Source of the DNA: an uncultured Phycisphaerales bacterium
GTDB taxonomy: Bacteria; Planctomycetota; Phycisphaerae; Sedimentisphaerales; Anaerobacaceae
Direction of reading: 5' to 3'
DNA length: 64,000 nucleotides
NCBI GenBank assembly: GCA_963718665.1
Contig: OY970359.1
Location: 1,472,001-1,536,000, forward strand
Shown: piece by piece, positions 29,826 through 41,258 of the stretch
How positions within the stretch are numbered: the first letter of the stretch is position 1
Layout: each line of letters opens with the position of its first letter
The notes under the pieces: generated by a model
Told to the model about the DNA's origin: nothing
Databases searched by the model: none
Seen by the model: only the letters and a program-made list of their open reading frames with translations
Program-made: the position numbers and the translations under genes

Positions 29826-32800
29826 TTATTGTCGAGCATTCTCGCCGTTAGCGGTACTCTGTTCTCTTTTGAACCATGTGCGGGTCTTTTTCTGCAGCGA
29901 TTCCATATATAGATAAAACACAGGCGTGACATAAAGCGTAATACTTTGTGAGAACAGCAAACCACCGACTACTGCAAGACCCAGCGGTCTTCGCGATTCA
30001 GCGCTGCGCCGAGCCCGATAGCGATAGGAAGGCCCGCCATAAGAGCCGCCATTGTCGTCATCATAATGGGCCTGAAACGGATGATGCTTGCCTCGACTAT
30101 TGCATCATAGGGGCTTTTCCCTCTATGTTGCGCCTCGATGGCGAAATCTATCATCATTATACCGTTCTTTTTCACAAGTCCGACGAGCATTATTATGCCT
30201 ACAAACGCGTATATCGAGAGTTCTTCGCCGAAAATTATCAGCGTAATCAGCGCCCCGAAACCCGCGAACGGAAGGGCCGACAATATCGTCAGCGGGTGAA
30301 TGAAGCTCTCATACAAAATCCCCAGGACAAGGTAAATTACCAGTATGGCAAGCGCCAGCAGAAGCCCAAGGCCTCGCATCGATGCCGCGAACGCCTGCGC
30401 CGTTCCCTGGAAGCTTGCCGTCATCGTATCAGGCAGGGTATCTTTTGCCAGGCGGTTTATCGCATCGACCGCGTTTCCAAGAGGAAAATTCGGCGGGAGA
30501 TTGAACGAGATTGTTACGGCGGGTGATTGTCCCTGGTGATTTACGCTCAACGGCCCTACGCCGTTGGTCAGGTTGGCCACGGCGTTCAACGGGACGAGCT
30601 GTCCGCTGTTCGACCTTATATAAAGCATACCCAGCGAGGCGGGGTTAAGCTGGTATTTCGGCTCAAGCTCCAGTATGACCTCGTACTCGTTGGTCGATGT
30701 CAGTATTGTTGATATCTGGCGTGTGCCGTAGGCGGAATACAAGGCGTCTTCTATTTGCTGGGCTGTTACGCCCAAACTCGATGCCTTGTCCCTGTCTATA
30801 TCAATATTAACCTGCGGATTTTTTATCTGCAAGTCACTGGTGACGTCAAGTAAGCCGGGCATTTGTCTTATCTTCTGCTCCATTATCCCGGCGTATTTGT
30901 ATAGCTCGTCCAGATTATAGCTTTGCAGTGTATATTGATACTGGCTCTTCGACAATCTTCCGCCAAGCTGAATAGACGGCGGGTTCTGCAGGTAAACCCT
31001 CATTCCCGGTATACCGTTCAGCAGGCCGCGCCATTTCTGGATAAGCTGGTCGGCGGAAAGCTTGCGTTCGGACTTTGGCTTCAGCCGGACAAACACCACG
31101 CCCAGGTTGCCCCCGCCTCTGCCGACGCTTGACATAAATGAACCTATTTCCGGCTCTTTTTGTAAAATGGTGTTTATCGCCCTTTGATGTTCCATCATCG
31201 AGTCGAACGAGATTCCCTCTATTCCTTCAGTAAACCCGAATATCTGTGCGCGGTCCTCGCTGGGTAAAAAACCTTTGGGGATGGCCACGAACAGATAAAA
31301 TGTCGCCGCCAGAATAATCGCCGAAAAAACCATCGTGCCGCGTTTGTGCTGAAGGACCCATATCAGGGTTCGTTCGTAAAACGTGACCATTTTGTTATAT
31401 AATATTTCTGTAAACGCATAAGCCCGGCCGTGCTTGACAGTTTCAGGTTTTCTCAAAAATCTGCTCGATAACATTGGTGTCAAACTAAGTGCGATAAACC
31501 CGGACGCCAGTACGGCCACTCCGATTGTTACGGAAAATTCCCTGAACAGCCGTCCTATCAGGCCGGGCATGAAAACAATCGGGATGAAGACAGCGCTTAG
31601 CGACAGCGTCATGCTTATAATAGTAAACGCAATTTCCTTCGCCCCGTCCACGGCCGCTTTGATTGCGCTTTTGCCCATTTCCATGTGCCGGAATATGTTT
31701 TCCAGCATAACAATCGCGTCATCGACCACAAACCCGACCGACAAAGTAAGCGCCATCAACGACAGGTTGTTTAAGCTGAATCCTCCAATATACATTATGG
31801 CAAAAGTCGCGACTATCGACATCGGCAGCGTCAAGCTTGGTATTACCGTTGCCGACACATTCCGCAGGAAAAGGAATATTACCAGAACTACCAGTATCAG
31901 CGTCAAAATAAGCGTAAATTCGACGTCCTTGACCGATTCTCTGATAAACATCGACCTGTCAAAAAGAATGTCCAGCGAAACCGACGCAGGCATCTGCTGC
32001 CGGAAGCTCGGCAAAAGGTTCTTCACCGCATCTGTTACCGCCACCGTATTTGTCCCGGGCTGTCTCAGTATCGCCAGAATAATACCTCGCCTCGCCCCGT
32101 TTGAAGTGACGTACCATGCGGCGGTCTTGTTGTTTTCGACACTGTCCACTACCTTACCGAGGTCTCCGAGCCGGACCGGCGAACCATTGCGATACGCTAC
32201 AATCAGCGGTTTGTATGCAGCAGCGTCGTATAACTGTCCGCTTGCCTCCACCGTTACGGCTTTATCCGGCCCGTAAAGTACCCCCGTGGGCAGATTCACG
32301 TTGCCGTTTGCGATGGCGTTGGCAACTTCGTCGATACCAAGACCTCTGCTGGCCAGCTCCGTCGGACTGGGCCATATACGGACGGCGTATTTTTGCGCTC
32401 CATATACCACCACCTGTGCCACGCCGCTGACCATCGAAATTCGCTGCGCCATAAGGGTCTCACCATATTCATCCAGCGAGTACATAGGCATCGTCGGCCC
32501 GGTCAAAGCAATATATAGAATCGGCTGGTCCGCCGGATTGACCTTCTGATAGGTAGGGGGGTATGGCAGGTTCTGAGGCAGTTGTTTTTGTGCCTGTGTG
32601 ATTGCCGCCTGGATATCCTGCGCCGCTCCGTCGATATTGCGGCCGAGGCTGAACTGGAGAGTTATTTGTGTGTTTCCAAGCACGCTCGTTGATGTCATCT
32701 GGTCAATACCGGCAATCGTAGAGAATTGTTTTTCAAGAGGCGTCGCCACCGACGAGGCCATTGTCTCCGGGCTTGCTCCCGGAAAGTTGACAGAAACCTG

Positions 32801-32935
32801 TATCGTTGGGAAATCCACGTTCGGCAAATCGCTGACGGGAAGCTGCATAAAAGCCGCGATGCCGAAGATTAATATCCCCGACATCACGAGGGTTGTCATT
32901 ACGGGTCGGTTTATAAACAAAGCTGTGAAATTCAT
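29826..32935 (-). CDS. RND efflux permease (MdtB/MdtC-like), apparent 1-bp frameshift near 30003
   Basis: GFVVDDAIVMLENI, KKNGIMM, RFRPIMMTT; adding one G gives GAGAESRRPLGLAVVGGLLFSQ...TPVFY. Confidence 0.9.
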
Positions 32936-32946
32936 TTTTGATCCGT

Positions 32947-34064
32947 TCAGTGTTTGGTATTTATTTCTTCCTTTATCTGGACCTTTGCGCCGGGCACCAG
33001 TCGAAGTTGTCCGTCCGTTACTACTGTTTCGCCCGGCTCGACTCCTTCGACAACGGAACTGTTATTTGCTGTTCGCTGCACGGTAACGGTCCGGACTTCA
33101 ACTGTGTTGTCCGCCTTTACCACGTAAACATACTGACCCTGCTGCCCGTTTTGGACTGCCGAGGAGGGAACAACTATGACATTGGGTTCCTGCACAAGAT
33201 TAAGAGCGACAGTTACAAACTGCCCGGGCCATAGCAAGCGTTTTTCGTTTTGAAATATGCTCCACAGCCGAATCGTTCCCGTGGTGGTATCTACCGAATT
33301 ATCGATAAAAAGCAAATTTCCCCGCACCGGTTCCTGCCCCTCTGCGCGGGAATTTTCGCGATTACCTCAAGTGTGTTGCCGGCCATATACTTGCGTATCA
33401 GGGGCAGATATTGCTGCGGCAGTGTGAAACTTATCTTAATGGGGCTTATCTGGTTGATGCTCGCGATGGGGATGTCTTTTTCCTTAATCAAATTGCCCTG
33501 GTCAATGGAAATCGCCCCGATGACGCCGTCGATGGGCGAGCGGATTGAACAATAATCAACCTGTATCGCCGCGTCCTCCGCTGCCGCTTTATCGGAAGCC
33601 ACGGCGGCCTTAAGCACATCCACCGCCGTTACGCTGTTGTCATAATCGGTCTGCGACGCATAGCCCTTCTTCAGTAAATCCGTCTGCCTGGACGCCTCTT
33701 TTTCGGCGTTCTTCAATTGCGCCTCGTCTTTTTCGAGAGTTCCCTGTGCCGCTTTGAGCTCCGCCTCGAAAGACCGCGAGTCAATTGAAACCAGCAAATC
33801 GCCCTTGTTGACCTCCTGCCCTTCTTTGAAATGGACTATCGTTAGAACGCCAGCCACCTGCGATTTTATCGTAACGCTCTTATTTGCCTCGACCGTCCCG
33901 AAGCTGCTCAGTTCGAGAGGCAGGGTTTGTTGTGTTACCTGCGCCACCGATACCGGCACGACCTGCGAGACGGGGGGCGTTTTTCGCGAACAACCGGTAA
34001 GCAGGGCTGCAACCGCCAGCACTGCTGCCGACCAGATTTTTATTTTACAGTTATTATTATTCAT
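32947..34064 (-). CDS. RND periplasmic adaptor (MdtA-like lipoprotein), apparent 1-bp frameshift near 33346
   Basis: LTGC lipobox, IRSPIDG, FIDNSVDTTTGTI, LWPGQFV. Confidence 0.88.
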
Positions 34065-34084
34065 AAATAATTTACCAACCCAAA

Positions 34085-35743
34085 TTAACCCGACGTAATT
34101 TTCGATGTTTTTACCGGTTCGCTGCCCGGACTGGCGATTCCGCTTCGCATCAAGAGCGTTCCCTCAAGCCGATGAAGCTCCACTATCGCTATCTGATAAT
34201 TTATTACGGCCGTAAGCTCGGTTATCTGGCTCTGCAGAAAATCTCTTTGTGCCTGCGCGACAAGAATCGACGTTGATTTGCCGACTTCAAATTTGCCGGT
34301 TTCGACCTTGAGTTTTTCCTCCATCAGCTCTCTGCTCGCTTTTGCCGCGACAACCTGCTGCTGAACGCTTGTAATCTGCAAATAAGCGCCTCTTATATCA
34401 ACCTCGACTAATTGTTCGAGATTGCCGAGCGCCTCCTGTGCCTGTTGGCGTGACAGTATGGCCTGCTGGTTTGTCGCCTGCGCCGAGCGGTTCATCGGCG
34501 GATACTCGAAAGTTATGCCGGCCGTGACATCGTAATCATTTTTCTTAAAAATGTTCCGGGCCGAATCGTCGAATGAGTCGGCGTATCCCGTTCTGCCGAG
34601 AGTAATGAAAAAATCGAGCTGCGGCAGCAGGCCGTTGCGAGTCCTTACAAGTTCAAGTTCATCGCGGTCGAGCTGGAGGCGCGCCTGGTTCAGCTCCGGC
34701 CTCATCTGCTGACCGCGCAGGACGTACGTCTCCACGGGGCTAAGCTCGATTGCCGGTGTCGTCGGCTCGCTTTTGAGAATGATTTTTCTGTCCCAGGTTT
34801 CGTTGCCGCTGGGGTTCAGCAGCCGCAAAAGATTGAGCCGGTTTTGGTCAAATGCGTTTTTTGCAACGATGAGGTCCTGTTGCCTGAGCGCTGTTTCTGC
34901 CTTGGCCGCGGCGAGCTCACTCCGTGCCAGCGAGCCTATGCTAATTCGCTCCTCGGTTTCCTGCTGCTGTTTTTCCGCCACTTGCAACGATTGTTCGTAT
35001 ATCTCTATGCTCTTTTCCGCCAGCGAACAATTCCAGTATGCTTCCTCAATCTGCGCCACCAGCGACTCAACGAATCCGCGAAGTTCATATTGCGATATTT
35101 TCGTATCTATCCTGGCCTGGTTTACCGAGACAAGATTTACCGTGGTGCCAAAACCCCTCAAGAGCGATTGCGTTACGCTTCCACCCAGCCGCGTTGATAC
35201 GAACGGCTCGGCGGCAAACGAATCATCGAGCCGGTTTGTGCTGCCGTCAAGCGACAAGGTTGTGCCTGTAGGCAAAAACTCGCTTAACGAAGCGTCTGCG
35301 CCGAATGCCTTTTCGGTCTCTTTAACAGGTCCCGAGCCGGGCGCCGGAGGCGACACTAACCTCGTTTGGCCTTGCGACACCGTTCCTTTTAAATCCGGGT
35401 CGAATACGGCTAACGCCTGCTCCTCGAAGGTTCTTTTTATCTGCGGGTTTAGTTTTTCAACTGCCAGCGATTTGTTTTTCTGCAGAGATATCAGAACCGC
35501 ATCATTTAACGTTATATTAATAGGTCCATTTGGTTCTATTTTCACTATCGGCGAAGAATTGGGTTCCTGCGTTTTTTCATTTTCCAGAGGCGGCTGAATA
35601 GCTGGTTGCGAATCGGAAGGTCCTATATAATCCTGCTTATCAGTTGCCTCCGGCTCGGCGCACGAACTGAGCAGACACATCGCCACAAGTAAACCGAGTG
35701 TTATCGTGGTTTTATATAATATTGAAAATTTTTTCGCTAACAT
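34085..35743 (-). CDS. TolC-family outer membrane efflux lipoprotein
   Basis: LSSC lipobox, TQSLLRGFG, LLPQLD; in operon with adaptor and permease. Confidence 0.9.
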   Translation of the reverse strand: MLAKKFSILYKTTITLGLLVAMCLLSSCAEPEATDKQDYIGPSDSQPAIQPPLENEKTQEPNSSPIVKIEPNGPINITLNDAVLISLQKNKSLAVEKLNPQIKRTFEEQALAVFDPDLKGTVSQGQTRLVSPPAPGSGPVKETEKAFGADASLSEFLPTGTTLSLDGSTNRLDDSFAAEPFVSTRLGGSVTQSLLRGFGTTVNLVSVNQARIDTKISQYELRGFVESLVAQIEEAYWNCSLAEKSIEIYEQSLQVAEKQQQETEERISIGSLARSELAAAKAETALRQQDLIVAKNAFDQNRLNLLRLLNPSGNETWDRKIILKSEPTTPAIELSPVETYVLRGQQMRPELNQARLQLDRDELELVRTRNGLLPQLDFFITLGRTGYADSFDDSARNIFKKNDYDVTAGITFEYPPMNRSAQATNQQAILSRQQAQEALGNLEQLVEVDIRGAYLQITSVQQQVVAAKASRELMEEKLKVETGKFEVGKSTSILVAQAQRDFLQSQITELTAVINYQIAIVELHRLEGTLLMRSGIASPGSEPVKTSKITSG

Positions 35744-35904
35744 CTTTAATAATACGGTAATCGTCCAATATTAGGGGTGAATTTCTAATAATCTTTCCCA
35801 TTTTAACATTTTTTGCGGCATTTTCCACAAGTTTAATCGGTCGATGTGAAAAAACTCTCGAAATTGAACCCTCTACAACACATAACTCTATGTGGTAGAG
35901 TATG

Positions 35905-37521
35905 TTACGACTGTGGCTGGTCTTTAATGAGGGATGGCGGTATATCGAGCCAAAAAGTCGAACCTTTGTCGAACTGGCTTTCAAAGCCGACCTGCCCAGC
36001 GAGCATATCAGCAAGCTCTTTGCTGATTGCAAGCCCTAATCCTGTGCCGCCCGATTCTCGCGTAAGAGGATTACCAAGCTGGCCGAATTTCTGGAACAGT
36101 TTTTCCTTGTCGGCCTCGGCTATTCCGCAGCCGGTATCGGTTACGGAAAACCTGATTGTTTTGTCGTCGAGTATCACGACACTTAATGTTATTTTGCCCT
36201 GCGGGGGTGTGAACTTTACCGCGTTGCTCATATAATTTTCGAGAATCTGCTGGATTTTTCCCGCGTCGGTCACAAGGGTTGGTATGTCCCGCTGCACTTC
36301 AAGCTCGACCTTGATGTTCTTTTCCCGTGTCATTTCAGAAAACGAAGACACAACGGCGTCGCAGATTTCATCGACTTTTATCTGCTCGATATGTAATTGA
36401 ATCTTATTGGCCTCGGCTTTGGCTAAGTAAAGCAGGTCGTTAATCATATTTAACAGCCGCTGACCTCCGACAATGATGTTTTCGGCATAGCGTTTTCCCT
36501 TGTCTTCCCTGAGCAGCTCCGGCTTGTCGCGCAGCACCTGGGCAAAACCCATAATGGAATTAAGCGGCGTTCTGAATTCGTGCGAGATATTTGCCAGGAA
36601 TTCGCCCTTGATTTTGTTTGCCTTGAAAAGCTCGATGTTGCGTTCCGAAAGCTCGATGATTTTGTCGTCGAGCTGCCTGTTTGCCTGGCGAAGCTTTTCC
36701 TGGGCGGCCTGCAGACCGTCGAGCATGTGATTGAATGCCTCGGCAAGCTTCTCGTATTCGTCGCGGGTATTTATCGAGCTTCTGATGTCGAGGTTGCCTT
36801 CGGCGACGTTGTTGGCAAGCGTGCGCAGTTGGCGAATAGGACTCAGAATGACCCGTTGCGTTATGATGTAAAATGCCACGATTGCGCCCGTGCCGCTGAT
36901 TAAGCCGGCGACGATAATCCAGACGCGGTTTAAGAGAACCGCCCTGCGTATTTCGGCGGCCGGTCTTTCGACTATCACTGCGCCTATTGCTTCGTTGCGA
37001 TTAAATGCCCCCGCCGAACCCTGTGGGTTGTGGCAGGTTATACAGCCCTCGGTTGCGCGAAAGACGCGCACATAGCTGGAATAAAGCGTATTTTTCCTGG
37101 TCTCAAAGCGTATCTGGTCGGAGGAATCCTCGTTGTCGCGCAGGTCCTCAACCATAAGTCGTTGCTGGACAGACAATCCTTCTATTTTTTTGTCGTCTTT
37201 TTTGAAGCGTACCCAGCGAATGTCGGTTTTGTTCGGGTCCATCACGTTGCCCCGGTCATCGAGCATCGCCAGTTTGGTGTCGGCCGGGGGATGTGTCTGA
37301 AAATGATTCCGGACCAGCGTTTCCGCCCAGGCCCTGCTGGCGTCAAGCCGATTCTGCCGGGTGAGCTGGCGCATCCAGCCATAAGGAATGAGCAGCGCCA
37401 AAGCCAGTATCAGCACCACCGCCGTGCCGAAGGCAATCCTGCACTTTTCCGCCAGCGACAAAGGCGATAAGTGCAGGAAAACCAGAATCCTGTGATAAAT
37501 TTTGCCTATTCTTTTCAGCAT
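35905..37521 (-). CDS. sensor histidine kinase with extracytoplasmic CxxCH domain and HAMP
   Basis: CITCH between two TMs; FLANISHEFRTPL, NAVKFT, DTGCGI, GGTGLGL. Confidence 0.92.
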   Translation of the reverse strand: MLKRIGKIYHRILVFLHLSPLSLAEKCRIAFGTAVVLILALALLIPYGWMRQLTRQNRLDASRAWAETLVRNHFQTHPPADTKLAMLDDRGNVMDPNKTDIRWVRFKKDDKKIEGLSVQQRLMVEDLRDNEDSSDQIRFETRKNTLYSSYVRVFRATEGCITCHNPQGSAGAFNRNEAIGAVIVERPAAEIRRAVLLNRVWIIVAGLISGTGAIVAFYIITQRVILSPIRQLRTLANNVAEGNLDIRSSINTRDEYEKLAEAFNHMLDGLQAAQEKLRQANRQLDDKIIELSERNIELFKANKIKGEFLANISHEFRTPLNSIMGFAQVLRDKPELLREDKGKRYAENIIVGGQRLLNMINDLLYLAKAEANKIQLHIEQIKVDEICDAVVSSFSEMTREKNIKVELEVQRDIPTLVTDAGKIQQILENYMSNAVKFTPPQGKITLSVVILDDKTIRFSVTDTGCGIAEADKEKLFQKFGQLGNPLTRESGGTGLGLAISKELADMLAGQVGFESQFDKGSTFWLDIPPSLIKDQPQS

Positions 37522-37558
37522 AAAGTTGTGGCTGTTATGGCTTACTCATTTTGATAAG

Positions 37559-38200
37559 TCAGCGGCCGGCACGCAACATATAATAATATAAATCCAGAAT
37601 TAAGTAGTAAAAAACCGGAGGCACAAGGCAGAGCAGCCACAGCATCGTCTTTCGTTTGACATTTGTGAGAAACAGCCAGACAAATAAAATAATCCACACA
37701 GCCGGCAAAATGCTGTTTAATCCAATTGCGGTTTGCTTGGTATTGCCGCCGATGAACCTCAGCAGTTGTAACCAGTGTGATGGAATGGGAATAATCATCA
37801 TTGTTGCAGCAGCCCAGGCCCCTGTCGCTGTGGCTGTGATTTTTTTAGAGGCCTTGTGAACGAGAACGGGCAGGGCGAAATACCATGCCGAACCGACAAG
37901 TATATGGAAAAGCGAAAAGATTAAGAAAAGCTGCAAGCTGTAGGCGGAGGCAAGATACGGGTCGCCGGGCGCAAAAAAGTGCGAGAAAGCAGGCAGTATG
38001 ACCTTTGGCAGCAACAGGGACACGGGGTAGTCGATGTAGCCGCATACAATCCAGAACATGTGCCATTGCCCCTCATGATGACTAATAATATAGATGATGT
38101 TCATGAGCATAAAGAGCATGTGCACGATGCCGATAAGCAGCCCGGCCTGAAACGCCCATGGCTGTCTTTCCAGCCAGCCGCGGGGCACAACCATTGGCAT
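37559..38200 (-). CDS. hypothetical multi-pass membrane protein
   Basis: About six hydrophobic segments; start chosen to avoid overlap with aspS. Confidence 0.65.
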   Translation of the reverse strand: MPMVVPRGWLERQPWAFQAGLLIGIVHMLFMLMNIIYIISHHEGQWHMFWIVCGYIDYPVSLLLPKVILPAFSHFFAPGDPYLASAYSLQLFLIFSLFHILVGSAWYFALPVLVHKASKKITATATGAWAAATMMIIPIPSHWLQLLRFIGGNTKQTAIGLNSILPAVWIILFVWLFLTNVKRKTMLWLLCLVPPVFYYLILDLYYYMLRAGR

Positions 38201-38243
38201 ATCGTTGCATTCACTGTGCCGATTAAACACTACCGCCTCGTTA

Positions 38244-40073
38244 TTATGAATGCTTTGGTTTCTGCTCTTCTGCCTTGTCTGCAAGCTCGTGCGAATGTTT
38301 CTGTGTTCGCAGGTTCAGTTCGTCAAGCTGTTTTTGCTCGACCTCGCTCGGCGCGTCGGTGAGCAGGCACTGGCCCCGCTGCGTCTTCGGGAAGGCGATG
38401 ACGTCGCGGATATTGTCTGTGCCCGTCAGCAGCATAATCATCCGGTCCAGCCCCAGTGCGATTCCGCCGTGGGGCGGGGCCCCGTGCTCCAGCGCACGCA
38501 GGAAGAAACCGAATCGTAACTGCGCCTGTTCTCTTGTAATATTCAGCAGGTCGAATACCTTCGCCTGCATTTCGGGTCTGTGGATACGGACGCTGCCCCC
38601 GCCTATTTCCGAGCCGTTGACGACTATATCGTATGCCTGGGCGATAATATGCCCCGGGTCGGTTTCCAGTTTTGGGATGTCCGCCGGAATCGGCGCGGTA
38701 AACGGGTGATGCATCGAGTCGTATCGTTTTTCGTCGGCGTTCCATTCGAACAGCGGGAAATCCACAATCCACACGAATTCAAATTTGCCTTCGTCGTAGA
38801 GTTTGAGTTCCTTCGCGATTTTACATCTAAGCGGCGCAAGGGCCTTATTTACTCCTTTTTCGTCGGCTGCCACCAGCAGGACCAGGTCGCCGTCCTTTGC
38901 GCCGAAGCGGTTTGCCATTTCTTCGAGCTGGTCGGGGCTGAAAAATTTTGACAGGTTGCTGACAAGGGTCATTTTGCCGTTCTCGTTTTTGGCCTTGAAC
39001 CATGCAAGTCCTTTTGTCCCGTAATCGGCCGCGAAACCGGTCAGTGTTTTTTCGATGTCGTTGCGTGAGTATTTGTTGCCGCCGTCAGGAGCGCAAAGCC
39101 CCTTGACGATGCCGCCTGATTGTGTGGCCGAGGTGAAGACCTTGAACGTGCTTTTGGCGGCGATGTCCGATACGTTTTTAAGCTTCATATCAAAGCGAAG
39201 GTCGGGCCTGTCGATGCCGTAATCATCCAGTGCTTCTTTATAAGTCATTCGTCGAATCGGCGTTTTGATATTGAGGCCGAGCACTTCGTTGAAGATTTTG
39301 GCGACCAGCACTTCGTGAACTTTTATGACGTCGTCCGCTTCGACGAAACTCATCTCCACATCGATTTGCGTGAATTCCGCCTGCCTGTCGGCTCGCGGGT
39401 CCTCGTCGCGGAAACAGCGGACAATCTGGAAATACTTGTCTGTGCCGCTGACCATAAGTATCTGTTTGAATAACTGGGGCGACTGGGGCAATGCGTAAAA
39501 CGTTCCCGGCACCAATCGGCTGGGGACAAGGAAGTCGCGTGCCCCTTCCGGGGTGCTTTTGCCCAGCATAGGCGTCTCGATTTCCCAGAAGCCCAGCGAA
39601 TCGAGATAATCGCGTGCGATTTTTGTAACGCGATGACGAACCTTGAGCTTTTCCTGCATTGCCGGCCTGCGCAGGTCGATATATCGATATTGCAGCCGGA
39701 TCTCTTCGCCTGTCTTTTCGGCGGTGTCAATCTCAAAAGGCGGCGTCTTTGCGGTATTGAGAATTTCGAGCTTCTCGACTGCCACTTCGATTTGTCCGGT
39801 GGCGAGTTTGGGGTTTTCCAGTCCTTCGCCCCTCGGCTCTACGACGCCTTCTACCGCCACAACCCATTCGCTGCGGACCGTCTGTGCGAGTTTGTGGGCA
39901 TCGGGGAATTTTTCGGGATTGAAGACCAGTTGTGTAATGCCTTCCCTGTCGCGCAGGTCAAAGAATATAAGTCCGCCGTGGTCGCGGGACGACTTTACCC
40001 AGCCGGCCAGAATGACCCTTTTATCTTTATCCGCCAGACGAAGCTGGCCGCAATTGACTGTCCTTTTGAGCAT
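38244..40073 (-). CDS. aspS: aspartate--tRNA ligase
   Basis: [50 protein letters not shown]. Confidence 0.98.
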   Translation of the reverse strand: MLKRTVNCGQLRLADKDKRVILAGWVKSSRDHGGLIFFDLRDREGITQLVFNPEKFPDAHKLAQTVRSEWVVAVEGVVEPRGEGLENPKLATGQIEVAVEKLEILNTAKTPPFEIDTAEKTGEEIRLQYRYIDLRRPAMQEKLKVRHRVTKIARDYLDSLGFWEIETPMLGKSTPEGARDFLVPSRLVPGTFYALPQSPQLFKQILMVSGTDKYFQIVRCFRDEDPRADRQAEFTQIDVEMSFVEADDVIKVHEVLVAKIFNEVLGLNIKTPIRRMTYKEALDDYGIDRPDLRFDMKLKNVSDIAAKSTFKVFTSATQSGGIVKGLCAPDGGNKYSRNDIEKTLTGFAADYGTKGLAWFKAKNENGKMTLVSNLSKFFSPDQLEEMANRFGAKDGDLVLLVAADEKGVNKALAPLRCKIAKELKLYDEGKFEFVWIVDFPLFEWNADEKRYDSMHHPFTAPIPADIPKLETDPGHIIAQAYDIVVNGSEIGGGSVRIHRPEMQAKVFDLLNITREQAQLRFGFFLRALEHGAPPHGGIALGLDRMIMLLTGTDNIRDVIAFPKTQRGQCLLTDAPSEVEQKQLDELNLRTQKHSHELADKAEEQKPKHS

Positions 40074-40129
40074 TGAAAATCCGCCTAAAAGCTGTTGAAT
40101 ATTGCAAAACCTGTATTTACAGATAGTCG

Positions 40130-40158
40130 AGGATACCCTGTTGCCATTAAATAGTCAA
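40130..40158 (-). promoter_or_regulatory. sigma70-type aspS promoter
   Basis: TTGACT-N17-TATCCT on the minus strand. Confidence 0.55.
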
Positions 40159-41029
40159 TAACCGGCTTTGCACGCGATTCACCTGGTTCGGAAGGGGCCG
40201 CGTTATAAGTTAGAGGGCACGTAAGTACGGTTTAAAAAATCGAAGGGGCAGGAAGCTGCAGAAATTTCAGCCCTTTTTCACTTAGATCTCACCTTACGAA
40301 GCAGCCATTGCATAATTGCTTGTGTCTGGTTTTTCCATATTATAGTTGTTATTTATGTCCTGGACTAATCTGCCGAGAGACAGGCAATGGCCGGTTTTTT
40401 GGGATACAGGCATAGCATTTATTATAAACAGACCTGCCAGAGTGTGCTTTAAAGAATCGTTGACGTCAGGCAGAGCGCATCTTCCTATGTCATAAGCAAA
40501 TTTTAGAATCGGCTCACCTTTGTGCGATTGCCGAGCCAGGGCATAAGCCAAATCAAATTTGCTTTTTAAAATACATCTTAAGAACAACTTGGATATGCCG
40601 TTTTTACCTGGAATGATTTCATCGCGGTAAACCTGTGCGTAAAACTTTAATATATGACTTAGGGGAACCATGTTCCGGGCTCGTTCAGACCAGGGCATGA
40701 ATGACACGGACGCAAAATGAATCCAGAAGGCCTCTTCTTTTGTGTAGCCATAACTCATTAGCCGATTCGTTTGATTGCTATAGGTGTCGTATAAGCAATC
40801 TACCGCATCTGACAGATAACTTATCATATTATATATTCCTTATTCGCGTATTTCTTTACGTTTAGCGAAAACATCTGTTTATATAACCAGTCATTGTTCA
40901 AGTGATATTAGTATGCCGTTATTTTTTGTATATTTAAAGGCAGCCCTTTGACCATCCCCCCGAAAACTGTGCCAGTTGTAATTAGAAAGCCGGCGTGATA
41001 GACCGCGGAATAGTCAATAACCGGCTTTG
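40150..41029. repeat. 21-bp perfect direct repeat pair enclosing an orphan ORF
   Basis: aatagtcaataaccggctttg at 40150-40170 and 41009-41029. Confidence 0.85.
40294..40827 (-). CDS. hypothetical protein (AT-rich orphan)
   Basis: 177-aa ORF with AAGGA upstream; no motif recognised. Confidence 0.55.
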   Translation of the reverse strand: MISYLSDAVDCLYDTYSNQTNRLMSYGYTKEEAFWIHFASVSFMPWSERARNMVPLSHILKFYAQVYRDEIIPGKNGISKLFLRCILKSKFDLAYALARQSHKGEPILKFAYDIGRCALPDVNDSLKHTLAGLFIINAMPVSQKTGHCLSLGRLVQDINNNYNMEKPDTSNYAMAAS

Positions 41030-41258
41030 ACCAGGCCAAATGATATGGCGGACTCACAAAAGCCCTCTTTCGTTGGCAAAAAGCATAATTAGAGAACAAA
41101 CAAGTGGTTTGGCGTGTCGGAGGCAGGGGCCGATATGATATTAAAGAAGTTATTAAATATTGACGATAAAGCAGATAACACAGCGCGATGATATGGAAGA
41201 GGGCGCAAAAAAACATCATTGTCGCAGAGTCGTTTTGCGTTTGGGAAAGGATATTAAA

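Noticed and set aside
29826..34064. Programmed frameshifting in the efflux genes
   Set aside because: No slippery heptamer at the shift sites; GCGC-linked error or simple deletion is more parsimonious
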